From Bispira polyomma (taxonomy: Eukaryota), in contig OZ287748.1 in NCBI GenBank assembly GCA_965649765.1, forward strand, positions 32,612,001 to 32,676,000: 64,000 nt of DNA, written 5' to 3'. The position numbers were made by a program, and so were the translations under genes. Below are positions 40,096-52,837 of this stretch, piece by piece. Every line of letters starts with the position of its first letter. Position 1 is the stretch's first letter. The notes under the pieces were generated by a model. The model ran no database searches. It saw nothing but the letters and a program-made list of their open reading frames with translations, and was not told the origin of the DNA.

Positions 40096-41918
40096 AACAT
40101 ATTTTATTTAAAAGATACATTGTTATTTTGTGCCACCGTGGTTATGTTTAAGACTGTGTTCGTTTGGTTGTCAATGTTCCCAGAATTACACAAGAACTGA
40201 AATGATTCATATTAAAGTCAGTAGAAGGATATGCATAAGCCTGAAAAATACTACTCCGATAGGCCATTGTAAACTGAGCCTCTCTGCATTCTAGATCTGG
40301 ACCAATCACAAGAGGGTTTACATTAAACCAAAATTGCTAACACCCCCCCCCCCCCTAAAAAAAATAAATAAATAAAACAAAAGGAGTAATAACAATAAAT
40401 AAAAATGTCTGACTTCACTAGAGGTCTCGCCTGAAAAAAAATCAATATGCATGGTCGGTGCCAGTGTGAACTGGGAGGGGTGCTCCCATAGCTCGGGACA
40501 TATCCTAGGGACTAGTGTCATCACCCTGTGGGCGATAATATCAGTCTCTACACAACACAGTGGCAGAGCACCACCAGTCAAACTCCACCCCCTAATTGTG
40601 GGGTTTGGGACAATTCATCAAGCTCACCTGTCAGGGGAGTTTTGAGGGAGAAACCTGAAACTGACCCTCTCGGCATGGGGGCCCTGTCATAGGTATATAG
40701 ATATACAACTTATCAAATATACAGGCTACCGGGCGGCGTGTTTACCTGTATTTAAGCAGCTCTCATATTGAAAACCCATTCCCCCTTTGTTTTTAAAAAC
40801 CAAATGCCATCAATTAGAACTTTCTTGTTTTCTACATTTAATACATATAATTATATTTAAAAACCTTTATATGATTAATACAGAGGGATAAATATCAAAG
40901 TAATTAATACTGTGTACATTGAAATACATGTCTACAAAAAAAAGCATGCATGATCTTTAATCTATGGTCCACACTTAATCTGATACAAACATCCGGGACC
41001 CATTGTGCCCATTTCGACAGGAGGTCAGTTTTTTTGCTGTGTGGGGGACTCACTAATGTGTATCATTAAATGGTATATGAGAGCATACAGGGTAATTATA
41101 GCTTATGGTACTCAGACCTGTTTACTATATATTGTGTATGTTTAAATATACACCCCCTCCCCTATCTTGGAATATAATAAGATTAACATTGATTGATGGG
41201 TGTTTTATTAACTATGGACAAATCCTCTCTCTATCTCTTAAGTCACTTTGGCTATATAATATACAATTATATACTTAAATATGTCCATATCCATGTATTA
41301 TTACTATTTAAGAAAAATTCTATTATCTCCCCACATCCCCCATTTTGTGTAGTCTGGGGTCTTTAAAAATGAAGATAATAGTATCCTGTACAAAGAAAGA
41401 GACTGACTATCTCTTTTTATTGCTTATAAGGGAAGTAAATATCATTTACCAGTATAAAAGGACATAGTGTATTTTAAAGAACACAACACTATTGAGTAGA
41501 TTTATTGTTGTATACAATATACACATACAATGACTACACAGAGATGGTTGGTGTGTGTTTTTAAATATTTGTTAACAATTTATTTCGAAGGAAATGGTAT
41601 TCTTTACAAGCATGTCAGCAAACAGGACATGTGGGTATCAATATATTTACATAAACTTTGTGTTTTAAAAGAGAAAAAAATATCCCCAACAGAATATGAT
41701 GTGAAGTATGATGGCCAGACCAATTAGCTCGTATGTTTACATTGTATTCCTCTGTCTTCCTGTTTACATTATTTAAATTTTGGTTTTAAAGTTTTACTTT
41801 GATCTTCTCTTACTTTAGGGTTACTATAGTAATATAGTAATGCTCCTTCCCTTTTTTTACATATATACATTAAGATATTTTTGTGTAGCTATAGTTTTAA
41901 GTTGGGTACATAGAGAAG

Positions 41919-42088
41919 NNNNNNNNNNNNNNNNNNNNNNNNNNNNNNNNNNNNNNNNNNNNNNNNNNNNNNNNNNNNNNNNNNNNNNNNNNNNNNNNNN
42001 NNNNNNNNNNNNNNNNNNNNNNNNNNNNNNNNNNNNNNNNNNNNNNNNNNNNNNNNNNNNNNNNNNNNNNNNNNNNNNNNNNNNNNNN
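41919..42088. other. Assembly gap
   Basis: N run. Confidence 1.
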
Positions 42089-42258
42089 GTTTTGGCATAG
42101 TAAGTTAACATCTCTGAAATATTCAGTTTTTAAATATTAGTGTTTATGACAATTGCAGGACAAAAAGTTAACCGGTATGTCTTTGTTTAATATTTATATG
42201 TCCCTTTTTCTGATAAAATGGCTTTTTTTTACCTTTTTGTTTTAGAAGTGAGACTTTT

Positions 42259-43003
42259 TGTCACACCTACACCTGCTGACGTTCCACAACGTAGCAAAGC
42301 AATATAAACTGAAAACGTGGTGGTTTCGGGAGCAAAAATCGAACACTTTACTGGTAGGATATCACTACCTACTACAGGATAGAGCTACTGTACTGCTACT
42401 TACTGCTGTAGAGTAGAGACGATATCACTACTTACTGCTACGTTGTGCTATGTTATGCTACGTTATGCTACTTATACAGACGAGTGGAGACATCCTCAAG
42501 AAACGGAGACCTCTGCCATGATTATTTTAAACAGATTATAGTAATCGTGGCAGCTGGGTGACGGAAAAATAGATAATTTTTCTCTGATACTGACATTAAA
42601 TATAATATTCTAATTTAATGTGTGTATAAAAGGTATAAAACTATTATTTTTCAGAAACTGTAAAATTTATTAAACTTTCTATATCTTCAAATTTTTTTTA
42701 AATTTTGATTTCCTATATTCAAATTATTTAAATAAAAATTTTGAACACAAGCAAAAACACTTTGTTAAAAAAATTTTGCTAATGACATTTTACCATAATT
42801 TAAAAAAAATTGATGGGAAATTTTCCTACCCCTTAAATTAGCTGATGGGCAGTTTTCCTGATGGGAAATAATTGATGGGATAATTTCCTGATGAGCAGTT
42901 TTCCTGATGGGCAGTTTTCAGGGATTCGTGGCAGCTAACTAAGCGGAGATGTTTCCAAGTCAAAACGTCACACACACACGTAGCTCCAGCACATGTAGGT
43001 GAT
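42259..43003 (-). mobile_element. Diverged inverted copy of MITE family A, interrupted by a nested insertion
   Basis: TCACACCTACACCTG at the left end and TAGCTCCAGCACATGTAGGTGA at the right end. Interior AAAAATCGAACACTTTACTGGTAG.ATATCACTACCTACTAC is the reverse complement of ~615-657. Confidence 0.8.
42556..42925. mobile_element. Nested insertion with 9-11-bp target duplication and subterminal tandem repeats (Mutator-like?)
   Basis: TCGTGGCAGCT duplicated at 42545-42555 and 42926-42936; right end made of ~15-16-bp GATGGGCAGTTTTCCT-type repeats. Confidence 0.65.
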
Positions 43004-43769
43004 GTAAACTTACTTTAATCTTTCGAATATAATGAGACTTAATATGTGCATTTATTTGTATGTGTCATGTTATTAGTGAAAGTTGTTATACAATTTTAAC
43101 AAAAAAAAAAAAAGACGCAATAAAAAATTGTTGCTTTATATCTGATACATGAAATTTAATCCATGAAATAATTGTGACCCTCATCTTTAACTATTTTTTT
43201 TTTTTTTTGTAAACTCTCCATTAATCTGTCCCTGCAATAAGCTAGTAAAACTTGATACCTTAATGAAAAATGCTGATACATATTTGTCACTTATTACACA
43301 GTGACAGAAATTTAACACCTCAAAATATCAAATATCACCTCCCCATGCTGGTCCAAATAACTAAAAAAAGATCTTGATAGCTAGTTTGGCTGGTTTATAT
43401 TATATGAATGCAAATAGGGCACCCTCAAATGTGACAGCAGTAATTATTATCATAATAATAATAATAATTATATCAGTGCAAGTGATACGTCTGGCTCAGT
43501 GGGAGGGCCTGTGTAGTGCATGACGTGGGTACAAGTATTTAATACAAATTTATAATATACTAAATAGCTCTGTATGGGGTTTATTATTGGGAGTAAGAGT
43601 TAAGCTATTGAGGTATTAATTTTATGTGACATATTGTGAATACACAAGTTGAGTATATATGTGTAATTATATAAAGGAGTTAAGTGGCCATCGTAGAAAG
43701 TGTTGTTTATTTTCATGCTCATTCATTGTCCATTTTATTTGTTGGTAGAAAATGTATGTATATGTTGGA

Positions 43770-44025
43770 GCCAAACTTCCGATTTCGCCAATCTTGGGAT
43801 GGGCTATAGCCCAACTTAGGATCCCAAGTTTAGTATGGGTCAGCCCATCTTACGATTGGCCAGAAAAACTACTTAAAATTAGCATATTAGTATCTTTTCA
43901 TATTCATTAATAATATTATGTTCCTGTATATGAAATTTCAAGTGAGGCTAGTTTTCCTTTTTAATCCAATCTCAAGTTTGGCTAGTTTTTCTGGCCAATC
44001 TTAAGATGGGAAGTTGCATTCCGAG
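43770..44025. mobile_element. Small foldback element / MITE upstream of the protocadherin promoter
   Basis: 28-bp inverted repeat with 1 mismatch (43844-43871 / 43983-44010) plus palindrome GGGCTATAGCCC (43801-43812). Confidence 0.6.
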
Positions 44026-44899
44026 TACAAGTGTATATTAAATGTTATAGATACACAGAGTTAGGATGCCAGCAACTAGTGGTTTGCTAATGATATAGTG
44101 ATAGAAGTGGATGGTGCACAAAGCAATACATGCAAAATATATGTATATATGTGTTTATGCAACAAATAGTAGATCAGTTTAAACAAAGAATCATTCATTG
44201 TTTAGATAAGAAGCAAAAAATCAGCTTACCTTACACCAGAATCGATATATGTTCATAAATCTAGACAGGTAATATATATGTTTGTCTAATGATAGAAAAG
44301 ATTGTATGAGTTTTTATAGCAGTTATTTATCATTGTTTCATTTATTGTCACCTGGTTATAACATGTTTTCAATATTGATATAATAAGACGACCAACAAAG
44401 TGGCGTACATTAAACCAGCCGGCCGTTTTGGACCTACGAGACATTTAGGATATGGTAATTACACATTTATATTTAAAAGTTTACCTATGATATTTTATAC
44501 TTACTAGTTCGAGTAAATGAAAGATAAACCACTTTACATAACATGTATTAATGATTGTCTTACATTCCACAATATATTGTCCAGTGCCTTTAATTATGCC
44601 AGTATTTATCATTAAAATTTCCCATTTATCTTAGACAGACATAATAATAAATGTTTGTTTCAGAGTTATGTATATATAGAAGCAAAACATAGATATAGGG
44701 ATTGATAGAAAAAAATGATAGTCTGATAGGAGACATGGTACTGTAATATGAATAGAAAGATAAAAATAGGTTAGTTGAACGTGAGTTTGTAGGTTTTATA
44801 TTTTAAACTTAACAATGTATACACCTGTGTTTGTATTCATTCATTTTCTCTACAAAAAAAACCCCACAAAGAATGCTTTTTCAATATTTCAATGAGGTT

Positions 44900-45110
44900 A
44901 CCCAACACGTGAAGCACGTGTACATGAGAGAGTTAATGCCGAGAGGACATAATGGCACTTGTAAGCCGTCTTCTGATTGGCCGAGAGCATGTCGGCCTCT
45001 GTGTGTGTGTAAACGTTGAACTGGTGTGTTAAAGTGATCGAGGCACTTAAAGGGTTGAAAACCATTGCTCGGGGAGGGAGGTACATTTCTGTCATCAGTC
45101 GGAATTAGAT
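44900..45110 (+). promoter_or_regulatory. Putative protocadherin core promoter
   Basis: Two CACGTG E-boxes (44906, 44915), inverted CCAAT box CTGATTGGCC (44973-44982), Inr-like TCAGTC (45094-45099), local CpG enrichment; 1.7 kb upstream of the ATG. Confidence 0.5.
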
Positions 45111-46803
45111 CCACACTATTGCCCACTTGGGGACAACTTTGGGGTCCTCTTTGCAAAGAGCAAAGATAAATAGTCTGCAAAACGAAGAAAGTTGAGGGGG
45201 TTGCAAAATAATAAAATGAATAAAGGTAAAAAAAAAAAGTGAATACAGTATTTCTATAGAATTGTAAACAGATTAGAAATGGTGGAGCAGTGTCTGTTAT
45301 TGGAATATCCTCTGAACGCCTGAACATTTCCAAATGTGTAGTGATGATTTGGGGGGCTTCTTTAATTGAATTAGAAAAAATAGGCGAGAGTTGAACGGAG
45401 AAAATATAAGGAAACCTATCTGTTGAGATTCAAAAAGTGTCAAAAAAGGAAATGAAAGGAAAGTAGATATATTTATAGAGGCAAAGGTGGCAAAAGTCAT
45501 GTTAAGAGACATAGAATCTTCTGTATGTACATAGTGTTCTATTGGGTGATCTTCTGAAGTGTCTTCTTATGTAAAAGAGTTCCTCTGTGGGTGGAAAGTG
45601 CTTGACATTTACACCATACTCTCTCTACAGGTTGAATTGTAGGAGGAATTATATATTAATAATAATATATATATATGGGTTGAGTATTTTAACAGTTTGT
45701 CAGCCAGACACAATGACATATGATTTTATTTTTTCTCTGTCTATATAGTTTAAAAACCCTATTAAGAGTCAAGAAGACTGTGAACATGAGAAATAACAGG
45801 AAATGGGACAAAGATTGAAAAAACAGAAAAAATACACCACCTTGGAGGTTGTGAGTGAATGTGTGTAATAGAGTTTTTTCTCTGCCTGCTCTCTGTGTCA
45901 ACTCTACATGTGTGTCATTAATGAAAGCCTATTCTTTACCATTCTCAGTATGCATGTGAAAAGACACACATTCTTCTAGGGAAAGACAGAGAAGGAGGGA
46001 GACTGCCCACTATACAATGTGTGTGTGTGTGTGTGTGCTTTTAACATTATCAGAATTTTAACTAAGTCCCAGTGAAGATAAAAGGGCTGCCCAAGAAAGA
46101 TTGAGGTTATTTTTTTTTTTGACTTCTTAGGCGAGTAAATGTGCTGAGGAAAACTTTAATAGTCACCTTGGTAAATCTTGGACACACAGTAAAAGCTTTG
46201 GTGAATTTGTTTGTATGTTTTTTTGAGGGGTAGGGGGGGGGGGGGTTATTTTTAATAAAAATCTTCCAAGTTCTGTCATTTTTGTGAGAGATGGAGAAAT
46301 ATTTCACAGTGGATGATATCTTTCAATAGTTCTGGGGATAGACTAGAGGGGGAAGGAAGAAAAAGTTGACTGTTTTCACTATCTTTTGTGGCCTGTGTGT
46401 GTGTGTGTATCAATGACAAATGGAAATGGCCTGGGATTTAGCATCACAAGAAGCTGGAGAGATGTGATACTGGGGATTTATGTGACGTGGAATATCAATC
46501 AGTTTTGGAAGATTTGTTCAGTTTTTATTGCCTAAAAAAACTAAACTATTTTTTGTGTTTTGCAACTTTTTGGGGGTGCTCACTATTTGTGCTACTGTCA
46601 TCAAAGTTGCTCCATTTATATAGAGACTGTTTATGGATAGTGTTACATCACCAGGTGAGATTTGTATATATAATACATATATTTAATAAATAAACACGAG
46701 AGGCTAGTAATGTCACCAAGGAATATATAGCATACAGGTTAGAAGTGGAGTATACAGTGACTGTTTTATTTGTGGTATACACCTGTATTTTGGATATATA
46801 AAG

Positions 46804-49436
46804 ATGGAGATTAAAACTGGAGTAATGCCATATACAACACTTGTAGCAGCATTTCTTTGCATTGGTTGCACGAAAGCTGCCTTGTTTTACAGCATTTGGG
46901 AGCAATTACCCACAAATACCCTTATTGGGAACATTGCGAAAGATTTCAACATGAGCTCCAGGTATCCGGAGGCGGTCGTAAACATTCTAAAATACCAATT
47001 TGTGTCAAATCAAATCGCGATTAAGGTCATTGAAGACTCTGGACATTTGATGGCGGCACAGGTTATAGACCGTGATGTAATATGTCCAGGGCTAGACCAG
47101 TGTACTATTACGGCAGACATACTGGTGAGTCCCGCCAGTTACTTTGACCTCATTCCAGTTGTGGTAGAAGTGTTGGATATTAACGACAATACCCCAACAT
47201 TTCCAGAAGAAACAATATCTATTACGATCTCGGAATTGTCTACCCCCAAGAGACCAATATATACTCTACCCTCTGCAGTTGATCCCGATAGTGGGATCTA
47301 TGCCTTGAAGGGATACAAATTAATCACACCGAAGGACAGTGATTTGTTTGCCCTGGAGGAAAGCACAGCATTGGATGGATCTACCGAGTTGAAACTCTTG
47401 TTACTGAATGCCATAGATAGAGAGAAAATCCCATCTCATCACCTAGAGGTCATGGCCTATGATGGGGATACCCCGGCTAAGACGGGTATTCTCACCATTA
47501 ACCTGCTTGTTGAAGATGAGAACGACAACCCTCCTATCTTTGAGAAAGCATTTTATGAAGTCAGTGTATCGGAGAACACATCAATTGACTCCCCAATTCT
47601 GAGAGTCACTGCCACTGATATGGATGATGGTATTAATAGTGAGGTCATGTATAGTCTAACCCCAACCACCAATCAAAACTTTGGAAGCATCTTTCGTATC
47701 GAGTCTAACTCCGGAGAAATCTTCTTGGAGAGTAAGCTTGATTTTAAAAGTGCCTCTGAATACAAGTTAGTGGTGGAAGCTTCTGACCAAGGCGATGACA
47801 CCCAAAGCACACAAGTTGCTGTATTCATTACTGTGTTAGACATCAATGAAGCTCCAGAGATCACCATCATTACCTTAACTGATAGTAAGGTTGTTCAAGT
47901 GAGGGAAGGGGAACTTCCATATTCTGTAATAGCGTCTGTGTCTGTGGTTGACCCTGACAGCGGGGAAAATGGCAAAGTCGTATGCGGCTTTGACAACCCT
48001 AAATTTGAATTGCAACAGCTAGGCTCTTATGAAAAGCACTTCAAAGTGGTTACCACTGAAACCCTGGATAGGGAATCCATTGATACTTATGACATCAGCC
48101 TGACGTGTGAGGATAAGGGTATTCCCCCATTATCAACAACTAAGAACGTCCGAGTAAGCGTCTTAGACGCCAATGATCATCCTCCAGTGTTTGCAAAGAG
48201 GCTTTACTCAGTGCAAATAGAAGAAAACAATCTTCCTCATGAGTTTATACAACAAGTTGCAGCTAGTGACAAAGATATTGGGCAGAATGCTCGGCTAGAA
48301 TATCGCCTCTCTGACAACACTTCTAGAATATTAAAGGATTTGTTCGAAATTGAAGGCTCAAGTGGGGTGATAAGAGCTAAAGGTGTCCTGGATCACGAAC
48401 AATTTAGTTCTGTTACATTAGACATTATCGTCAGAGACCACGGTAATCTAACATTATACGCTTCTGCTCAAGTGGCCATCACCATCATTGACCAAAATGA
48501 TTGCAAACCCAAATTTTCTGAAAGCGAAGGTTACTCCTTCAGTATCTTGGAGGAGCAGTTACCAGGTATAGATGTTGGTAATGTCACTGCGACTGATGCC
48601 GATTCAGAGCCCTATGATCAAGTCGCATATCGCCTAGAAGCCGATGACATCAGCTCTCTAACAAATTTCAGAATTGATGCATACACAGGGTTCATAAAGA
48701 CTACTAGCAAGATGGACCGAGAGACCGATCCTGTGTTTTACTTCAGAGTGGTGGCCTTTAACCCTAACTTCGACAGCTGGCTAAGTACAACCGCCAGCGT
48801 GACTGTCTATCTATCTGACATCAATGACAATGGGCCTGTAGTTGACTATCCCTCTCAGTACAACTCCACAATATCTGTCCCAAACAATGTCAAATTGGGC
48901 TATGTTATCACAAGGGTGAGGGCTCATGACAGGGATATTGGAGTTAATGAACAGCTCTCATTTGCCCTGGTAGACGACTGGTTTATGCACGAGGATAAGC
49001 CCCCCTTTGATGTGGACCATCCGACTGGAGCGATTACTGCAATTAGGAAATTAACCTCCATACCGACAGACACTCAGTATAATTTGACCATTGTTGTGAG
49101 AGACCACGGAAAACCTCAGTTCCAATCAATGGCCTTCCTTACAATAATAATCGCAGAGGAATCCCCACTTTTCTATACACCAGACAGAAACAATGTAATT
49201 CCCACTGACCCCAATACAAAGGGTTATTCTGAAGGGGATGAAAACCCTGGGGAGAAGAAGACGACTAGTCTTCATGTTGTAATCGGTGTCGCCTGTGGAT
49301 CTACACTCGTCATCGCAGGCCTTATGGCGGCCATCTTGATTCTGTCCTGCAAAAATCCAAGGAGGAGAGCACAGGAACAAGGGAAGTACAACTGCAGAGT
49401 GGAAGCCCAGAAAATGCTGAATGAAAAGCAAGAAAG
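46804..49436 (+). CDS. Protocadherin (non-clustered delta type, 7 EC repeats; PCDH1/7/9/11-like ectodomain), large first coding exon: signal peptide + EC1-EC7 + TM + juxtamembrane
   Basis: 881-aa ORF 46804-49449. Hydrophobic signal (TTLVAAFLCIGCTKA); cadherin motifs DRD/DRE, DxD and linkers DINDNTP, DENDNPP, DINEAP, DANDHPP, DQNDCKP, DINDNGP; EC1 C-x5-C (CPGLDQC); TM VVIGVACGSTLVIAGLMAAILIL; KYNCRVEA motif. Donor AAG|GTTGGT after 49436 (phase 2); unspliced read-through stops at 49449. Confidence 0.96.
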
Positions 49437-51430
49437 GTTGGTGTATTGATATAAATTATTCATTAAGTTATTTTAGTTGCAGTAAATTCTGAAGTAAAAC
49501 AGAAACCTTATTTTCCTCATAGATATATAGTAAGGCCGCACTTCACAAACTTCTCCAATCTAAATGTCAAATTTGATGACCTAAATTTCACTCTTTCATA
49601 CTAAGATACTGCCACTTTATGAAACTTTACTATCCAAACATATTTACACTTTCCCAGACCCACAGATGTAGGAGGTTTCATGTGTTTATGGGCAATACTG
49701 TTCTAATGCAGGATGTTTGAACGAACTGTAACTGTAGACGTTTATTATGAAGAACTATGTAGAGATGTATTCATTTTGCAAAAAAAAAAAAAAAAAATGA
49801 GTTTGGATTTTTTAAGTTTAGATATCAGGTACATTTAATATTTCTTGGTGTAGTATTCAATCTTCATGTGTTTCTGTCTGTCAGTTCTAAATAACATGTA
49901 CATATCAACTAGTTATTTAATATGCGCCATCGAAGCTTTTTGTGTACAGGTGATTCTTTGTTATGGAACCAACTTCCATTAACACCTTTACAACGAACAC
50001 TTTTGATGATAATAATAAATATATAGCCTTTCTTGGTTACATTTAAGTGAAATGTTATCTGACGTTGATCCTTTTACAGAAACATTTAGCATGGTAAAGA
50101 TGCAAGTCTTTTCCTTCAATAGTTTAGTACAGGGCTCTCGTTTTAAAGAATTAAGAAAGTCTCTCTTGTTTGAAAGAACCCCATTATTTCTATATTATTT
50201 AATTTGGTGACAAGCCTCAGGGAGACCATACATCTCCGAAACAGATTGTTTTTCAAAGTGGGTAGGCTATAGCAAAGGTTAAAACCTTAATTAAATTATT
50301 CATGCTCTGTATCTGTAGCCTGTAGGATCTACAGGTTTTATTTACTGGTAATGTGAACAGTATATTACATAATGCACACTACTTGCTCTAACTCGCCTTT
50401 CTGTCAGCTCATACACAATAAACTAGCCTGTCTTAAAGCTCTAAAAAATTCTAGAAAATTTAAATTTAAGTGCAGTTATGTACACATGCATGTGACTAAT
50501 CAAAGTACTATTAATTTGCCGTCTGTACCTTGACTCTATAATGCTCGATTATCTAACCATTTTGGGAGAACAAAGATTGGCTTTATTGATATTAGAGTGT
50601 CACTAAAAATATAAAACACATCTAGTTTTTTGTTTGGCAGAGTAAAATACATCCATAAAATTGAATACTGTATAATAGAAGATCAGATAATTCTACTCTA
50701 TTCTTAATTGATAATCCAACAAAGTATATAATCTTGAATTGAGCCTCAAACAAGGCTAATGCACTGCTTTATTATCATTGTAAGTGGAGTAGACCGGCCT
50801 AATAGCCTTTTTCTAGGAGAGATTTTAATCGATGATGTAGATAGAAGTCATATCATGTGGTCTGAATCTATTTAATACTAATTTCAGCCAATTGGTCAAT
50901 TAGGACTTCTTTCTTACTAGGACACAAAGTGGCAATTGTGTTTTAAGTTGGACGTTTTGCATCTATTTAGTGCATACAGTTATCGCACTAATTTGTCATT
51001 GTATCATTGGAAATATTTTCGAATAGGTGTTTGATAGTCTAAATATTGTAAAACTTTATCAAATGATAATCAAATATTGAAACCAGCCTTCAAAATTAAA
51101 AACCAAACACAAATAACATGTAAATGAAACAAAAAAGACAATCTTAAACTATTAGTTTGCCCATCCTACCTCAAAGACTGGGTTTACAGAAATTGTCTGT
51201 TAAAGTGACAGTTAAACAGATACAGTCAACCTGTGTGTTTCATTCCTGATGCTAGGTTATGAGTTCTAATTCAATAATATACCAAAAGTAGACAGTTTTT
51301 AGCATTTGACATATGTGATGTGTGAGGCGGATGGGTGATACTTTTAAAGGGGTGTATATGAAACAACACAGGCTTTTTATATGTGATGTCAGAAAAGTCC
51401 TCCTTCCCCAAACTCCTTTGTCTTCTACAG

Positions 51431-51554
51431 GGTTACAGAGCCAGATATATTCATCACAGAAGGGGATTTGAAGAAATGGCACAAATGGATTATTTCAGGG
51501 GGGTTACAATTGAGTTATGTATCACCCGTTAGAAGGCCATCATGTCACTGTTAA
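51431..51554 (+). CDS. Candidate alternative terminal exon of the protocadherin
   Basis: Strong polypyrimidine acceptor TCCTCCTTCCCCAAACTCCTTTGTCTTCTACAG|G. Phase-2 entry gives RVTEPDIFITEGDLKKWHKWIISGGLQLSYVSPVRRPSCHC*. AATAAA at 51684 with T-rich sequence further downstream. Confidence 0.35.
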
Positions 51555-52116
51555 TAGTCTTCATGGTTTTTGATGTGTAAATTATAATTCTAGCCATCAC
51601 TCTGGGAAGCCCCCGCTTATATATATTTTTTATTTTATTAGGCACGAAAAGGGCATCTGTTTTGTTGCTAAAGTCATAACTTTAATAAAATATTGTAACA
51701 GGGTCATGTCTCCCCTTCATAAATAGCATATTGCTGGAGACACGGAATTGTGTTTATTGTATTTTTTTTTTTTTTTTTTTTTGCTCTATTGCTTTTTTTT
51801 TTTTTTTTTTTTTTTTGTGTAGTACATATTTAAAACAGATGGTGCCATGTTGTATAACGAAACAAAGTCCAACTGTTTGCCATGATAATTAATTATGGTG
51901 TTTTTAATCATTCACCTAGTGTGAATTATGCAGGTTCATTTATAAAAAAAAAAGTCATTTTGATTATGTGGGACTATATATATACATAGATATATATCTC
52001 TATTGATTTTGCCATTTATGTTTATAAATTGCAGTAACATGTCTAACCACACTAATGACAAAAATCTGCTTACACCAGTAATGTATATGCAAAATATATC
52101 AATATCAGATCTTTCT

Positions 52117-52372
52117 CCACTGTCGTGTAGTGGGTATCAAGCTTAATTATGGAATGCAGAAACCCTGGGTTCAATGCCAGCTTGGTGTTCCCAGGTGCAG
52201 GAATACACAGTGGCTTGAATGACCAATAAATATGACAGTTCTCTGTCACTGACTTCTGTCCTCAGCAGTGGCAGGCTAAAAAAAACCGAGGACCGTTACA
52301 CATGGCCATTCTAAAACCTCGAGTCTTAACTTAAGGGAATTGTAGTTACATGGAGTTAGTTGACTGTACTCC
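52117..52372 (+). mobile_element. SINE family 2, intronic
   Basis: GTGTAGTGG, GGGTTCAATGCC, CCCAGGTGCAG, GAATGACCAATAAAT, GGCAGGCTAAA. Confidence 0.7.
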
Positions 52373-52801
52373 TTGTGCAGCTGGGATAGTCAAATTAGCC
52401 CTTTGAATTGCAGACTGCAGGGAGATATAAACTTAGATATAATGTTGTTGTTTTTAAATTAAGGGAGCTTAACACTTATATATGCCTCATCGGTTCAGTA
52501 AATCTTCTACTTAAATAAAGGGAAGAAGACGGTTATATATAATTCACCCAGTCTCTCGTATTCTACTTGTTAACAGTTAATGGGGACACTAAGACACGTT
52601 TATCGCTAGTGCTGTGTATCTTACCCCAAAATAAATAATTCATAACTCGTCTGTCTTGTGTGTGATATTTTTTTACCAGTAAAAATGGGTTGTTGTTTGT
52701 TTTTTTTGGTTGTTCTTTTTTTTTTTTGTTTATTTTACTTTTAAAAGTTCACGTCAGACATTCTGTCTGAGAAAGTAACTACCATGTATAAACTATAAAG
52801 G

Positions 52802-52803
<2 letters not shown>

Positions 52804-52835
<32 letters not shown>
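52804..52835. repeat. (AG)n microsatellite
   Basis: Direct reading. Confidence 0.95.

Positions 52836-52837
<2 letters not shown>

Noticed and set aside
1-46803. Clustered-protocadherin array of variable exons upstream
   Set aside because: No other cadherin-repeat ORF or remnant seen in 46 kb; the gaps are too short to hide one.
47673-49463. Antisense ORFs within the protocadherin exon
   Set aside because: Shadow ORFs of the sense coding sequence.
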